NCBI RefSeq assembly: GCF_000166055.1
Contig: NC_014664.1
Span: forward strand, 807,927-831,926
Direction of reading: 5' to 3'
From: Rhodomicrobium vannielii ATCC 17100
GTDB taxonomy: Bacteria > Pseudomonadota > Alphaproteobacteria > Rhizobiales > Rhodomicrobiaceae
Length of the DNA: 24,000 bases
This document shows, in pieces, positions 1 to 8,103 of the stretch (position 1 is its first letter; the number at the start of each line of letters is the position of its first letter). The notes beneath the pieces are model-generated. The model was given only the letters and a program-made list of their open reading frames with translations. It had not been told where the DNA came from and made no database searches. The translations under genes and the position numbers were made by a program.

Positions 1-743
1 TTGCCTTCGAAATGGCCCTCGTCGGCGTAAAGCGCCTCGGCGCCCGTTAGTGCAAGGAAGACGGAGCCGAGCACGTGAAAGCCGATCCAGCCGTGCGTCG
101 CGATCAGGTCGAGGCCGTAAATAGGGTTCACGGCTGCGAGGATGTCGGGTCGCGCCACGATATGGGGTATGCCCGCCAGCGCGAGGACGGCGAACCAGAC
201 GACCATGACCGGGCCGAAAATGCGCCCGATGGAAGCTGTGCCCCGATATTGCACCATGAAGAGCGCAGCCAGTATGCCTGCCGCGATGGGTACGATGAAC
301 GGCTTGAACACGGGCGTGGCGACTTCCAGCCCCTCCACGGCGGAGAGAACCGAAATCGCGGGCGTGATGATACAGTCGCCGTAGAACAGCGCGACGCCGA
401 CGAGCCCGACGAGGACTGCGATTTCGCGCGAGCGCTCGGACTTCAGCGCATTGAGGGCAAGCGCCGTCAGCGCCATGACGCCGCCCTCGCCGTCGTTCGT
501 GGCTCGCATGATGACGAGCACATACTTGATCGATACGACGATGATCAGCGCCCAGAACACGAGCGACACGCAGCCGAAGGCGATAGGACGGAGCGCGTCT
601 ACATCCCCGGCGGAAGCGAGCGCCTCCTTGTAGGCGTAGAGCGGGCTCGTGCCGATGTCGCCGAACACGATGCCAAGCGCGCCGATGAGCGCAGCGTTCC
701 GGAGCGGCTGCGCCTCGGCTTTCGTCAGTGCTTCCGTCGCCAT
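1..743 (-). CDS. kup: KUP/HAK/KT-family potassium uptake protein, N-terminal ~247 codons (rest lies off the left edge)
   Basis: My reverse translation from ATG at 743..741 gives MATEALTKAEAQPLRNAALIGALGIVFGDIGTSPLYAYKEAL...IKYVLVIMRATNDGEGGVMAL...YGDCIITPAISVLSAVEGL. It contains the GDIGTSPLY signature and successive hydrophobic segments typical of Kup. It is absent from the ORF track because it runs off the window. The + ORF 75..863 is its antisense shadow. Confidence 0.85.
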   Translation of the reverse strand, partial: MATEALTKAEAQPLRNAALIGALGIVFGDIGTSPLYAYKEALASAGDVDALRPIAFGCVSLVFWALIIVVSIKYVLVIMRATNDGEGGVMALTALALNALKSERSREIAVLVGLVGVALFYGDCIITPAISVLSAVEGLEVATPVFKPFIVPIAAGILAALFMVQYRGTASIGRIFGPVMVVWFAVLALAGIPHIVARPDILAAVNPIYGLDLIATHGWIGFHVLGSVFLALTGAEALYADEGHFEG

Positions 744-984
744 GCTGTGCCGATGCCCTCGTCGCCGCCGTTCAACCTTCAGGTTATCGCAAACACGTCT
801 TCCTTTGAAACGATCCGTGTTCGCCTGAGATCCAGCTTTATGACAACGAAGTTACGGCTTTGATAGAGGCGACTGAGCGGCCGCGGGAAAGGGTTTCCGT
901 CGCCTGCCGCGTAGGACATCTCCACACAAGATTCGCTCAAGCCACACAGTCTAGCCTGCGCCCGTCATCAGGAAGGGGGCTCCA

Positions 985-2907
985 GTGCTCTTAGCGCGCC
1001 GATTTCTTATCGCGAAGGTTCTGTTTCCTCTCGCGATCGCGATTCTGGTCTGTCTTCCGGCCGTCGCCGAGCCGAGCGCCGAAGGGTCTCAGCCTTGCGC
1101 CGAAGCGTCGGACATCGCGGTGCTGAATTCGCCGCTCGCCCCATGGAAAGGCGCGCCGCTGCGAGTCGTCCTTGCGTCGGAGAAGCCCCTCGATGGCGAA
1201 TTGTCGCTCATCGCGCCCGATGGTGCGGTCGCCGTGAAAACGGCAGAGAGGCGCGGTGGGCCGCCCTATTTCTGGATACTGGAGGTCGCATCTCCTGCTG
1301 CGGGGTCGTGGAACGCGAAACTCGGTTCCGCAGGCGCTTGCGAAGCGGTTACGCGGGAAATCGTCGTGCGCGACCGCCAGCCCGCCGCTCCCCAAGCCGG
1401 GAACGCCGGCGTATGGCCGCTTCGCGCCACCTGGAATCGCGCGACGGAGAACCTCTATTCGGCCTGGATCGAGAAGCTTTTCGACGCCCCCGTTGAAGCT
1501 GCGCCGTCCTGGCCTGTCCTGCATGAGGTTCTGCGGGACCGCTCCCGCAATCTCCTGTTCAACCATCTTGGGCTGCGTGAGGACGAGAAGAACATCGTGA
1601 TGCGCCCCGATTGCGCCGACCTGCCTTATTTCCTGCGCGCCTATTTTGCCTTCAAGATGGGGCTGCCCTTCGGCTTCTCGAAGTGCTCGCGCGGAGCGGG
1701 CGGCGAAGGGCCTCGGTGCTTCGAATGGTCGAACAGCCAGACGTTCGAGCCTGCGCGGCCGCCACGCCCGGAGACCGCATCGCCCCTGCCAATTCTTTTC
1801 CGCCAGCCCGCGCCGCAGTCGCGTCCCGCGCCGCAAAAGCTTGGCCTCGCGGCGTCGTTCGCGCGCTACCTCCCCGCCGTCGCCGATGGCGTACATTCGG
1901 GGTCGGCGCGAACCTCGGCGAACGACAGTAACACCGACTATTATCCGGTAGCGCTCAGCGAGCGGACTCTACGGCCAGGAACCATCTACGCCGATCCTTA
2001 TGGGCATGTGCTCATGCTCGTGAAGCGTGTGCCGCAGTCCGGCGACGGGGCGGGCGTGTTCCTCGCCGTCGACGGACAGCCGGATGGGACGGTTGCACGC
2101 AAGCGCTTCTGGCGCGGTAATTTCCTGTTCGCGCAGAATCCCGCGCTTGGAAGCCCCGGCTTCAAGCATTTCCGGCCTATTGTGCGGGAGGCGGGCACCT
2201 TGAAGCGCCTTTCGAACGAGGAGATTTCGAAGAGCGCGGACTATGGCGATTTCTCTCTCGATCAGGCGCGGCTTGGCGTTGAAGACTTTTACGACCGAAT
2301 GGAAGACGTGATGTCGCCGGAGCCGCTGGACCCGTCGCGCGCCCTGCTGGAGGTGATCGCCGCGCTCGAAGAGCAGGTCAAGGCGCGTGTGACGTCGGTT
2401 GAGAATGGCAGGAAATACCAGATCGCCAACCGCGGGGATGCCGACATGCCAGACGGCCCTTCGATCTTCGAGGCGGCCGGCGCGTGGGAAGATTTTGCGA
2501 CTCCGTCGCGCGATCTGCGCCTTCTGATCGCGATCGATGTCGCGCGCGGCTTCCCGGATCGCGTCGCGCGGCGGCCCGACCGCTATGCCATGCCGAAGGA
2601 CAAGAGCGCCGCGGATGTCAAGGCCGATCTTGAGAACACGCTCGCGTCGGAGCTTTCGACGCGCACATTCGCCTATACGCGAAGCGATGGGTCCGCGTGG
2701 ACGCTCGCGCTCCGCGACGTGTTGGAGCGGTCCGTCGCGCTGGAAATGGCGTATAATGTGAACGACTGTGTTGAACTGCGTTGGGGCGCGGCGGAAGGAA
2801 CCGACGAGGCCTCCACCTGCAAACGTCGCGCGCCCGCCGCCCAGCGAACGAAGATGCAGGACTATCGCGCGTGGTTCCATGAGCGGCGGCGTCCCGCGCG
2901 GGCTTGA
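985..2907 (+). CDS. Exported protein of unknown function (640 aa) with an N-terminal signal peptide
   Basis: Long ORF with strong GC3 bias. GTG start at 985 sits 5 nt after a purine-rich GGAAGGGGG. The N-terminus LLARRFLIAKVLFPLAIAILVCLPAVA|EP looks like a Sec signal peptide. I recognise no family. Confidence 0.75.
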   Translation: MLLARRFLIAKVLFPLAIAILVCLPAVAEPSAEGSQPCAEASDIAVLNSPLAPWKGAPLRVVLASEKPLDGELSLIAPDGAVAVKTAERRGGPPYFWILEVASPAAGSWNAKLGSAGACEAVTREIVVRDRQPAAPQAGNAGVWPLRATWNRATENLYSAWIEKLFDAPVEAAPSWPVLHEVLRDRSRNLLFNHLGLREDEKNIVMRPDCADLPYFLRAYFAFKMGLPFGFSKCSRGAGGEGPRCFEWSNSQTFEPARPPRPETASPLPILFRQPAPQSRPAPQKLGLAASFARYLPAVADGVHSGSARTSANDSNTDYYPVALSERTLRPGTIYADPYGHVLMLVKRVPQSGDGAGVFLAVDGQPDGTVARKRFWRGNFLFAQNPALGSPGFKHFRPIVREAGTLKRLSNEEISKSADYGDFSLDQARLGVEDFYDRMEDVMSPEPLDPSRALLEVIAALEEQVKARVTSVENGRKYQIANRGDADMPDGPSIFEAAGAWEDFATPSRDLRLLIAIDVARGFPDRVARRPDRYAMPKDKSAADVKADLENTLASELSTRTFAYTRSDGSAWTLALRDVLERSVALEMAYNVNDCVELRWGAAEGTDEASTCKRRAPAAQRTKMQDYRAWFHERRRPARA

Positions 2908-3303
2908 GCTTCGCAGAGGTATGCCTCCGCAACGATTTTGAAGCCGGGCTATCGCCGCAAAAGCCGCGCGCCGCGCCTATAGCCACCATCGCAATCAGGA
3001 GGCGTGCTTTCGTGCGTAGGCGCTGAGCCGCTGCGCATCAAACCGCAGGCAATGCTCGGGGAGTCGTCACCGTGGCGCGCCGGACGCCTCGCGCTCATGC
3101 ACGCCTTGTCTGCGTCTGCCCGACAAGCTTGAGACGAGCGCCAGTCAAGCTCCAGCCCGGCCTGCGCAGTTTCCATCAACGCGGGGGTGCGTTGCGTTCG
3201 CGCGGCTCCCAAAACCGCGCTTGATTTCGCAAGAAAAATGCGCGATTGCTTGAGGCAAGCTGCATAAGCCTCTGATCTTCTGCGACATAGTCTCGAAAAA
3301 TCC

Positions 3304-3317
3304 TTGATCTAAATCAA
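3304..3317 (+). promoter_or_regulatory. FNR/FixK-type (CRP-FNR family) binding box TTGAT-N4-ATCAA
   Basis: TTGATCTAAATCAA matches all 10 specified positions of the TTGAT-N4-ATCAA consensus. It lies in a locally AT-richer stretch 131 nt upstream of the bchJ-like ATG (3449), with hemN downstream. hemN is a classical FNR/FixK target. Confidence 0.7.
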
Positions 3318-3346
3318 AACACTGATATGCAGTAGGAGTAAGGTTT

Positions 3347-3369
3347 GCTTGACACATCTATTGTCAAGC
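3347..3369 (+). promoter_or_regulatory. Perfect 7-bp-arm inverted repeat GCTTGAC-N9-GTCAAGC, either an operator or a 5'-leader hairpin
   Basis: Read directly from the sequence. Its centre lies ~47 bp downstream of the FNR-box centre, around the +1 expected for a class II FNR promoter (box centred near -41.5). Confidence 0.35.
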
Positions 3370-3448
3370 TAGACTGACATAAGCGGCATCCAGCGCGCGC
3401 ACCGCCTGCGGCTGCGCCCGGTTGCCATATAACAAGAAGGCGCGCTTT

Positions 3449-4105
3449 ATGGCGCATGCGAATGCGGGCCTTATTGGTCCCAATGCCATAATCCGGGTCG
3501 CCGAAACGCTCCGCGAGCGGTTGGGCGACGATGCGGCTCACAATATCTTCGCTCGCGCGAAGCTTGAGGCGCGCCTCGCGACGCCGCCCGAGAGCATGGT
3601 CCCGGAAACCGAGGTTGGCGCGCTTCAAACCGCGCTGTTCGAGGGCCTCGCCGGAGAAGACGCCAAAAGAATTTCCTTCGAGGCAGGGCTTCGCACGGGC
3701 GACTATCTCCTCGCGCGCCGCATTCCGAAATTCGCGCAGTTCGTGCTGAAGCGCCTTCCGCCACGCATGGCCGCGCGCACGCTGCTTTCCGCAATCGGCA
3801 AGCACGCCTGGACTTTCGCCGGAAGCGGAACCTTCGAAGCGAAGGCTGATTATCCGGTGCTTGTTTCGATCGCGAATTGTCCGCTGTGCCGTGGCCGCCA
3901 CGCCGATGAGCCGCAATGCGATTTTTACGCTGGCACGTTCCAGCGCTTGTTCGAAACGCTCGTCAGCCGCAACACCACCGTGCGCGAGATCGAGTGCGAA
4001 GCGGCGGGCGGTAGCGCCTGCATCTTCGAAATTGAATGGCCGAAAAACGCGGCCCAAAAAGCAGAACACGCCCCCGCAGCCCACCGTCAACGGGAATTAA
4101 CATGA
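3449..4105 (+). CDS. BchJ-like / V4R (4-vinyl reductase) domain protein
   Basis: N-terminal AGLIGPNAIIRVAETL and C-terminal NCPLCRG...CDFYAGTFQRLFETLV...REIECEAAGGSACIFEI resemble the BchJ family as I recall it. I prefer ATG 3449 (AAGAAGG 8 nt upstream) over the track's TTG at 3422. The stop TGA 4103-4105 overlaps the hemN ATG 4102-4104. Confidence 0.75.
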   Translation: MAHANAGLIGPNAIIRVAETLRERLGDDAAHNIFARAKLEARLATPPESMVPETEVGALQTALFEGLAGEDAKRISFEAGLRTGDYLLARRIPKFAQFVLKRLPPRMAARTLLSAIGKHAWTFAGSGTFEAKADYPVLVSIANCPLCRGRHADEPQCDFYAGTFQRLFETLVSRNTTVREIECEAAGGSACIFEIEWPKNAAQKAEHAPAAHRQRELT

Positions 4106-5460
4106 TGATTCCAGGTATCGCGAAATACTTCCATGCACGGGTACCCCGCTACACGAGCTATCCGACTGCGCCGCACTTCACCGGCGAAGTGGACGCGAAG
4201 CGCTACGGCGCGTGGCTCTCGCGGCTCGACCCGGACACGGAGCTTTCGCTTTATCTTCACATCCCGTTCTGCCGTCGCATGTGCTGGTATTGCGGCTGCA
4301 ACATGCGCGTCATCGCGCGTTATTCGCCCGTGACTGAATACGTCGAGACGCTGATCAAGGAAATCGACCTCGCCTGCGAAAAGCTCCCGAAGGGTAGCAT
4401 GAAGGTGCGTCACATCCATTGGGGTGGCGGCACGCCGACGGCGCTGAACGGCGAAGACATGGTGCGTATCCATGAGGCGGTGGCGAGCCGCTTCGACATT
4501 CTGCCGAACGCCGAAATCGCCGTCGAGATCGATCCGCGCACCTTCACGCAGGACAACGCGGACGCGCTCGGCAAGATCGGCTGCACCCGCGCGAGCCTCG
4601 GCATTCAGGAATTCGACATCACGGTTCAGGAGGCGATCAATCGCGTCCAGCCGATGGAGGTGATCGAAGACACGATCCGCATGCTGCACGAGCAGAACGT
4701 GAAGGGTCTCAACTTCGACCTCATGTATGGCCTGCCGCATCAGACCGCCGAGATGCTCACCCGCACCGTGGAGCAGGCCGCGACGCTCAAGCCGGATCGG
4801 ATCGCGCTGTTCGGCTATGCGCATGTGCCGTGGATGGCGAAGAACCAGCGCATGATCCCCGAAGACGCGCTGCCGACGGCGCTTATGCGCTTCGAGCAGG
4901 CGACGGCGGCGGGCGACGCGCTGGAAGCCGCCGGTTATGTGCGCATCGGCCTCGACCACTTTGCCAGGCCCGAGGACAGCATGGCGATCGCGCTGCGCGA
5001 AGGCCATCTGCACCGCAATTTCCAAGGCTACACAGACGACCTCGCGGGGGCCATCGTGGCCTTCGGGGCGAGCGCCATCTCGGAAACCCCCGAGGGCTTC
5101 ATGCAGAATATCGTCGAGACCGGTGCCTATTCGCGCGCGGTCAACTCGGGCGAGCTTCCGGTCGCCAAGGGCGTGACGTTCCGCGGCGAGGACAAGCTGC
5201 GCTCTGCGATCATCGAGCGCCTGATGTGCGATATGGAGGTCGACCTCGACGAGATGCGCCGCCTTCATGCGCCGAACCGCGACGACTTCTACGATGAGCT
5301 TGCGCAGCTTCGCGCACTGCAGGACGAAGGCTTGTGCGAACTCGACGGCAGCAAAGTGCGCGTGCCGGATGCGGCGCGGCCAGCGCTTCGCGTCGTCTGC
5401 TCCGTTTTCGACGACTACCTCCAGCACAACCAGGGGCAGCGGCACGCCGCAGCGGTCTGA
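4102..5460 (+). CDS. hemN: Oxygen-independent coproporphyrinogen III oxidase (radical SAM)
   Basis: Motifs seen: VPRYTSYPTAPHF, radical-SAM/HemN signature YLHIPFCRRMCWYCGC (CxxxCxxCxC), and HWGGGTPT. Starting at 4102 (MMIPGIAKYF..) gives 452 aa with a normal HemN N-terminus. The track's start at 4036 would overlap the upstream gene by 70 nt. Confidence 0.93.
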   Translation: MMIPGIAKYFHARVPRYTSYPTAPHFTGEVDAKRYGAWLSRLDPDTELSLYLHIPFCRRMCWYCGCNMRVIARYSPVTEYVETLIKEIDLACEKLPKGSMKVRHIHWGGGTPTALNGEDMVRIHEAVASRFDILPNAEIAVEIDPRTFTQDNADALGKIGCTRASLGIQEFDITVQEAINRVQPMEVIEDTIRMLHEQNVKGLNFDLMYGLPHQTAEMLTRTVEQAATLKPDRIALFGYAHVPWMAKNQRMIPEDALPTALMRFEQATAAGDALEAAGYVRIGLDHFARPEDSMAIALREGHLHRNFQGYTDDLAGAIVAFGASAISETPEGFMQNIVETGAYSRAVNSGELPVAKGVTFRGEDKLRSAIIERLMCDMEVDLDEMRRLHAPNRDDFYDELAQLRALQDEGLCELDGSKVRVPDAARPALRVVCSVFDDYLQHNQGQRHAAAV

Positions 5461-5481
5461 CGGGCGCAAATCGCGAGAATA

Positions 5482-5508
5482 CGAACGAAGCACCATCTGC
5501 TTCGTTCG
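5482..5508. terminator. 11-bp perfect hairpin between convergent hemN and the GFA gene, a possible bidirectional terminator
   Basis: CGAACGAAGCA-ccatc-TGCTTCGTTCG begins 22 nt after the hemN stop. There is no clean U-tract on the + side and only TATTCT on the - side. Confidence 0.5.
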
Positions 5509-5613
5509 CAACGCTTGTGGTTGGACGCTCGCGCTTCAGCGCGGGGGTCGGCGGAGCGTAGGTTGAACGGTGCGAGCCACTCGCTTGGGGTTAGCGCCCG
5601 CATGGATGCAGAC

Positions 5614-6069
5614 TTAAAAGGCGCGGCCGACCGTGACCGGCGCGGCTTCCTCCAGGGCATTCGTTGCCGCTTCCTCGTGCCACTGCTCGTAAGCCGGGAG
5701 GTCCATTTCCGCCTCGGCCCAGGACACTGCGTGCGACATCCACATGCGCTGGCTCGGGCGTGCGCCCGGATCGTCGTCTAGCGTCGCAACGCGCAGCGTC
5801 ACATAGGGCTTGTCGGGGTATTCGGCGACGACCTGCGAACCGCAGATCGAGCAAAAGCGGCGGAATTTGCCCGGCGAGGATTCGAAGCAGGTGAGTTTGT
5901 CCTGCCCCGAGATCCAGTGAAAATGCTCGCGCGCCACCTTGGCCGATACGTTGAACGCTGAGGCGTGCGCCTTTCGGCAAGTGCGGCAGTGGCAGACGCG
6001 GATCGGCGCGTCCAGGTGTTCGACCTCATAGCGCACGCTGCCGCAGAGACAACTTCCCTTGATGCTCAT
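5614..6069 (-). CDS. GFA (glutathione-dependent formaldehyde-activating / CENP-V) family zinc protein
   Basis: Motifs seen: MSIKGSCLCGSVRYEV, CHCRTCRKAHASAF, FCSICGS. I prefer the start at ATG 6069 (AGGA ~8 nt upstream). The track's 201-aa version adds a 50-aa N-terminal extension (MVAMEPWPPPRTLL...) that I do not consider part of the GFA domain. Confidence 0.85.
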   Translation of the reverse strand: MSIKGSCLCGSVRYEVEHLDAPIRVCHCRTCRKAHASAFNVSAKVAREHFHWISGQDKLTCFESSPGKFRRFCSICGSQVVAEYPDKPYVTLRVATLDDDPGARPSQRMWMSHAVSWAEAEMDLPAYEQWHEEAATNALEEAAPVTVGRAF

Positions 6070-6264
6070 TGCTACCGTCCTTGAGGCTCTCCCGCCGCTT
6101 GCTTGAACGCACAGGCGGTCTCCCGATCCTGACACGTTCCTCACGCGATCATAGCGCCGAAACGCTCCTGTTGTTTCCAGCAAAGTTCGCGGCGGGGGCC
6201 AAGGTTCCATCGCCACCATACGATTATTGCGGCGAGCGACAACTTTGCCGTCCCATGCGCTTCC

Positions 6265-6289
6265 GAACGCCGGAGGGCCGCCGGCGTTC
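6265..6289 (-). terminator. GC-rich hairpin (9-bp stem) about 100 nt downstream of thpR, a possible terminator
   Basis: GAACGCCGG-agggccg-CCGGCGTTC read directly. No U-tract follows, so the call is weak. Confidence 0.3.
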
Positions 6290-6389
6290 CTTCCAGCGCT
6301 CGCACTTTCCGCGCGCCGCCGCTAGAGCGGTGAATTTTACATTCGATTCCGTGGCACCGTCATCAAAACGAAACTGCACGGACAGAGCC

Positions 6390-6998
6390 CTAGCGTGATT
6401 GCGTACTCGGGAAAACGTGGCCGTGCGGATGCGCGAAAAGTTCCTCATCCTCCGCGAAATGCGCATCCCATGCCGAATAGGCCTCCTCCACGACGTACGG
6501 GCCGCCGCCCTGATTGGGCCGCGAGGAGAACAGCACAAAACGGCTCACGGTGAACGGCTCGCAGGCGAAGCCGCCATGGCGCGCGAGATAATCGGCGGCG
6601 GCGAAGGGGCTGACATTGCGTAGCCGGGCGAGCGTCACGTGCGGCGTGAAATTGCGCGGCTCCGGCGGCAAACCTGCCGCGCGCGCCGCCCGCTCATGCG
6701 CCTTTTGCAGCGTCTCCAGCGCCGGTGATGCTTTCACCCCCGCCCAAAGCGAGCGCGGCTTGTGTCCACCGAAACTGCCGAGCCCCGAAACCGCGATGTC
6801 GAAACTTTCGAAACGGATGTCCGCCAGCGCGTCCGCGAAGTCGTTCGCCTGAGCGTCGGTGATGTCGCCGACGAATCTGAGCGTGATGTGATAGTTTTCC
6901 GCGTCGATCCAGCTTGCGCCCGAGAGACCAGCCCGAAGGCCGGAAAGATGTCCGACCACATCGTGAGGCAGTTCGAGTCCGGTGAAAAGTCTAGGCAT
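6390..6998 (-). CDS. thpR: RNA 2',3'-cyclic phosphodiesterase (2H phosphoesterase, LigT/ThpR)
   Basis: Two H-x-T-x motifs (YHITLRF and PHVTLARL) at the spacing typical of 2H phosphoesterases. AGGAGG lies 7 nt upstream of ATG 6998. Confidence 0.88.
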   Translation of the reverse strand: MPRLFTGLELPHDVVGHLSGLRAGLSGASWIDAENYHITLRFVGDITDAQANDFADALADIRFESFDIAVSGLGSFGGHKPRSLWAGVKASPALETLQKAHERAARAAGLPPEPRNFTPHVTLARLRNVSPFAAADYLARHGGFACEPFTVSRFVLFSSRPNQGGGPYVVEEAYSAWDAHFAEDEELFAHPHGHVFPSTQSR

Positions 6999-7181
6999 AG
7001 GTGGGCCTCCTGTGCGGAAAGGAGCGACGGGCCTATGGCCTGTCAGCCTAGCAGCATAGGGTTGTGGCGGTTCGTGTTTTATTCAAGGCGCACGAGAAGC
7101 AGAATCACGGCTAATAGTGCGTTACGGGCGCCGAAGCGCCTCGCAGCAGTGCGCTATACGGTCGGGCCGCAAGACACAGGC

Positions 7182-7997
7182 TTACGCAGCGCTGCCGGAC
7201 GCGCCTCGGAATTCCTGCGCGAGCCAGCCCGCGATCGGTTCCGCCGCATCCTTCCAGTTCGAATCCATCATGATGGCGTGGCCGCCGCCCTTCACGATGA
7301 TGGATCGCGCGCCGTAATAGATCGCGGTGAGACGCACATCGGCGGGCGGCACGAACTCGTCCTTCTCGCAGCCGATCACCATCAGCTTCGGCATGCCCCA
7401 AGGCAGCGGCGCGAATGGCGTAAAGCCGTAAAGCTGGCGGCTCGCGCTTTCGGCGATATCGTCCATGCGCTCGAAGAAGAGGCGGCGGAGTTGCGGCGAG
7501 GGCGGCTCGGCAAACAGGCCGTCCTCAATGATGTCGAGGTTGGCGTTCCGAATGCCGCGTTCGAGCACGCGCTGCAATTCGCGGAAGAGCGTCGGATTGC
7601 GGATGAAAAGTTCCGCCGACGAGCGCATCAGCCCATGCGGCGGCGCGGCGCACATCAGCACCACGCCCGCAGCGCGTCCGCCGCGCTTCACATAATTCTG
7701 CACGACGCCGCCGCCGAGCGAATGGCCGACGATCACGACGGGGCCGCCGATCTCCTTCACGGCCCATTCCACGTCGTTGGCGAAATCGCGGAGGCCGAAA
7801 CTGCGCACGCGCTCGCGGCCCTCGCTTTCGCCATGGCCACGAAGCGAGAGCGCGGACACGTCGTAGCCGAGGCTCGCGAAATAGGGGAGGAAGCTTTGCC
7901 GCCAAACCCACGCGCCGGTACAGATGCCGTGGATGAACAGAAGTTTTACCGGCTTTTCCGGAGCGGCGGGCGGCAGGCGAACGAGTTCGAGTGTCAT
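7182..7997 (-). CDS. Alpha/beta-fold hydrolase (271 aa)
   Basis: LLFIHGICTGAWVW oxyanion region, GHSLGG nucleophile elbow, and C-terminal GGGHAIMMD histidine region. Confidence 0.85.
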   Translation of the reverse strand: MTLELVRLPPAAPEKPVKLLFIHGICTGAWVWRQSFLPYFASLGYDVSALSLRGHGESEGRERVRSFGLRDFANDVEWAVKEIGGPVVIVGHSLGGGVVQNYVKRGGRAAGVVLMCAAPPHGLMRSSAELFIRNPTLFRELQRVLERGIRNANLDIIEDGLFAEPPSPQLRRLFFERMDDIAESASRQLYGFTPFAPLPWGMPKLMVIGCEKDEFVPPADVRLTAIYYGARSIIVKGGGHAIMMDSNWKDAAEPIAGWLAQEFRGASGSAA

Positions 7998-8103
7998 ATG
8001 GGTCCGGGTGCGGGTTGAAACGAAAGGCGAATGGCGGGTCAGGTCGGCTCAGCGACACGAAGCCGAAGCGGCACTTTGACGCGAAAGCGCGGCAGAGAAA
8101 AAC

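Noticed and set aside
75-863. 262-aa + strand ORF at the left edge
   Set aside because: It is Arg/Asp/His-rich and not protein-like. It lies exactly antisense to a sequence that translates into a clear Kup transporter (GDIGTSPLY) on the minus strand, so it is a high-GC shadow ORF.
3221-3234. Second FNR-like site TTGATTTCGCAAGA, 83 bp upstream of the perfect box
   Set aside because: Only the left half (TTGAT) matches. The right half CAAGA matches ATCAA at one position, so at most it is a half-site.
2908-3357. ORFs 2949..3212 (-, 87 aa) and 3145..3357 (-, 70 aa) in the long spacer before the FNR box
   Set aside because: Neither has an RBS, a recognisable motif or coding-like composition. The second would start inside the promoter/FNR-box region. 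I treat the spacer as non-coding. A gene relic or sRNA cannot be excluded without comparison data.
3362-3379. PpsR/CrtJ site TGT-N12-ACA in front of the bchJ-like/hemN genes
   Set aside because: The pattern is present, but it specifies only 6 bases, occurs once where PpsR normally uses paired sites, and is expected by chance in a region of this size. I mention it only as a possibility.
3314-5511. Minus-strand ORFs 3314..4090 (258 aa) and 4087..5511 (474 aa), mirroring the bchJ-like gene and hemN
   Set aside because: The plus-strand frames carry the recognisable BchJ-like and HemN motifs. The minus-strand products are Arg/Ala-rich with no motifs. These are antisense shadow ORFs.
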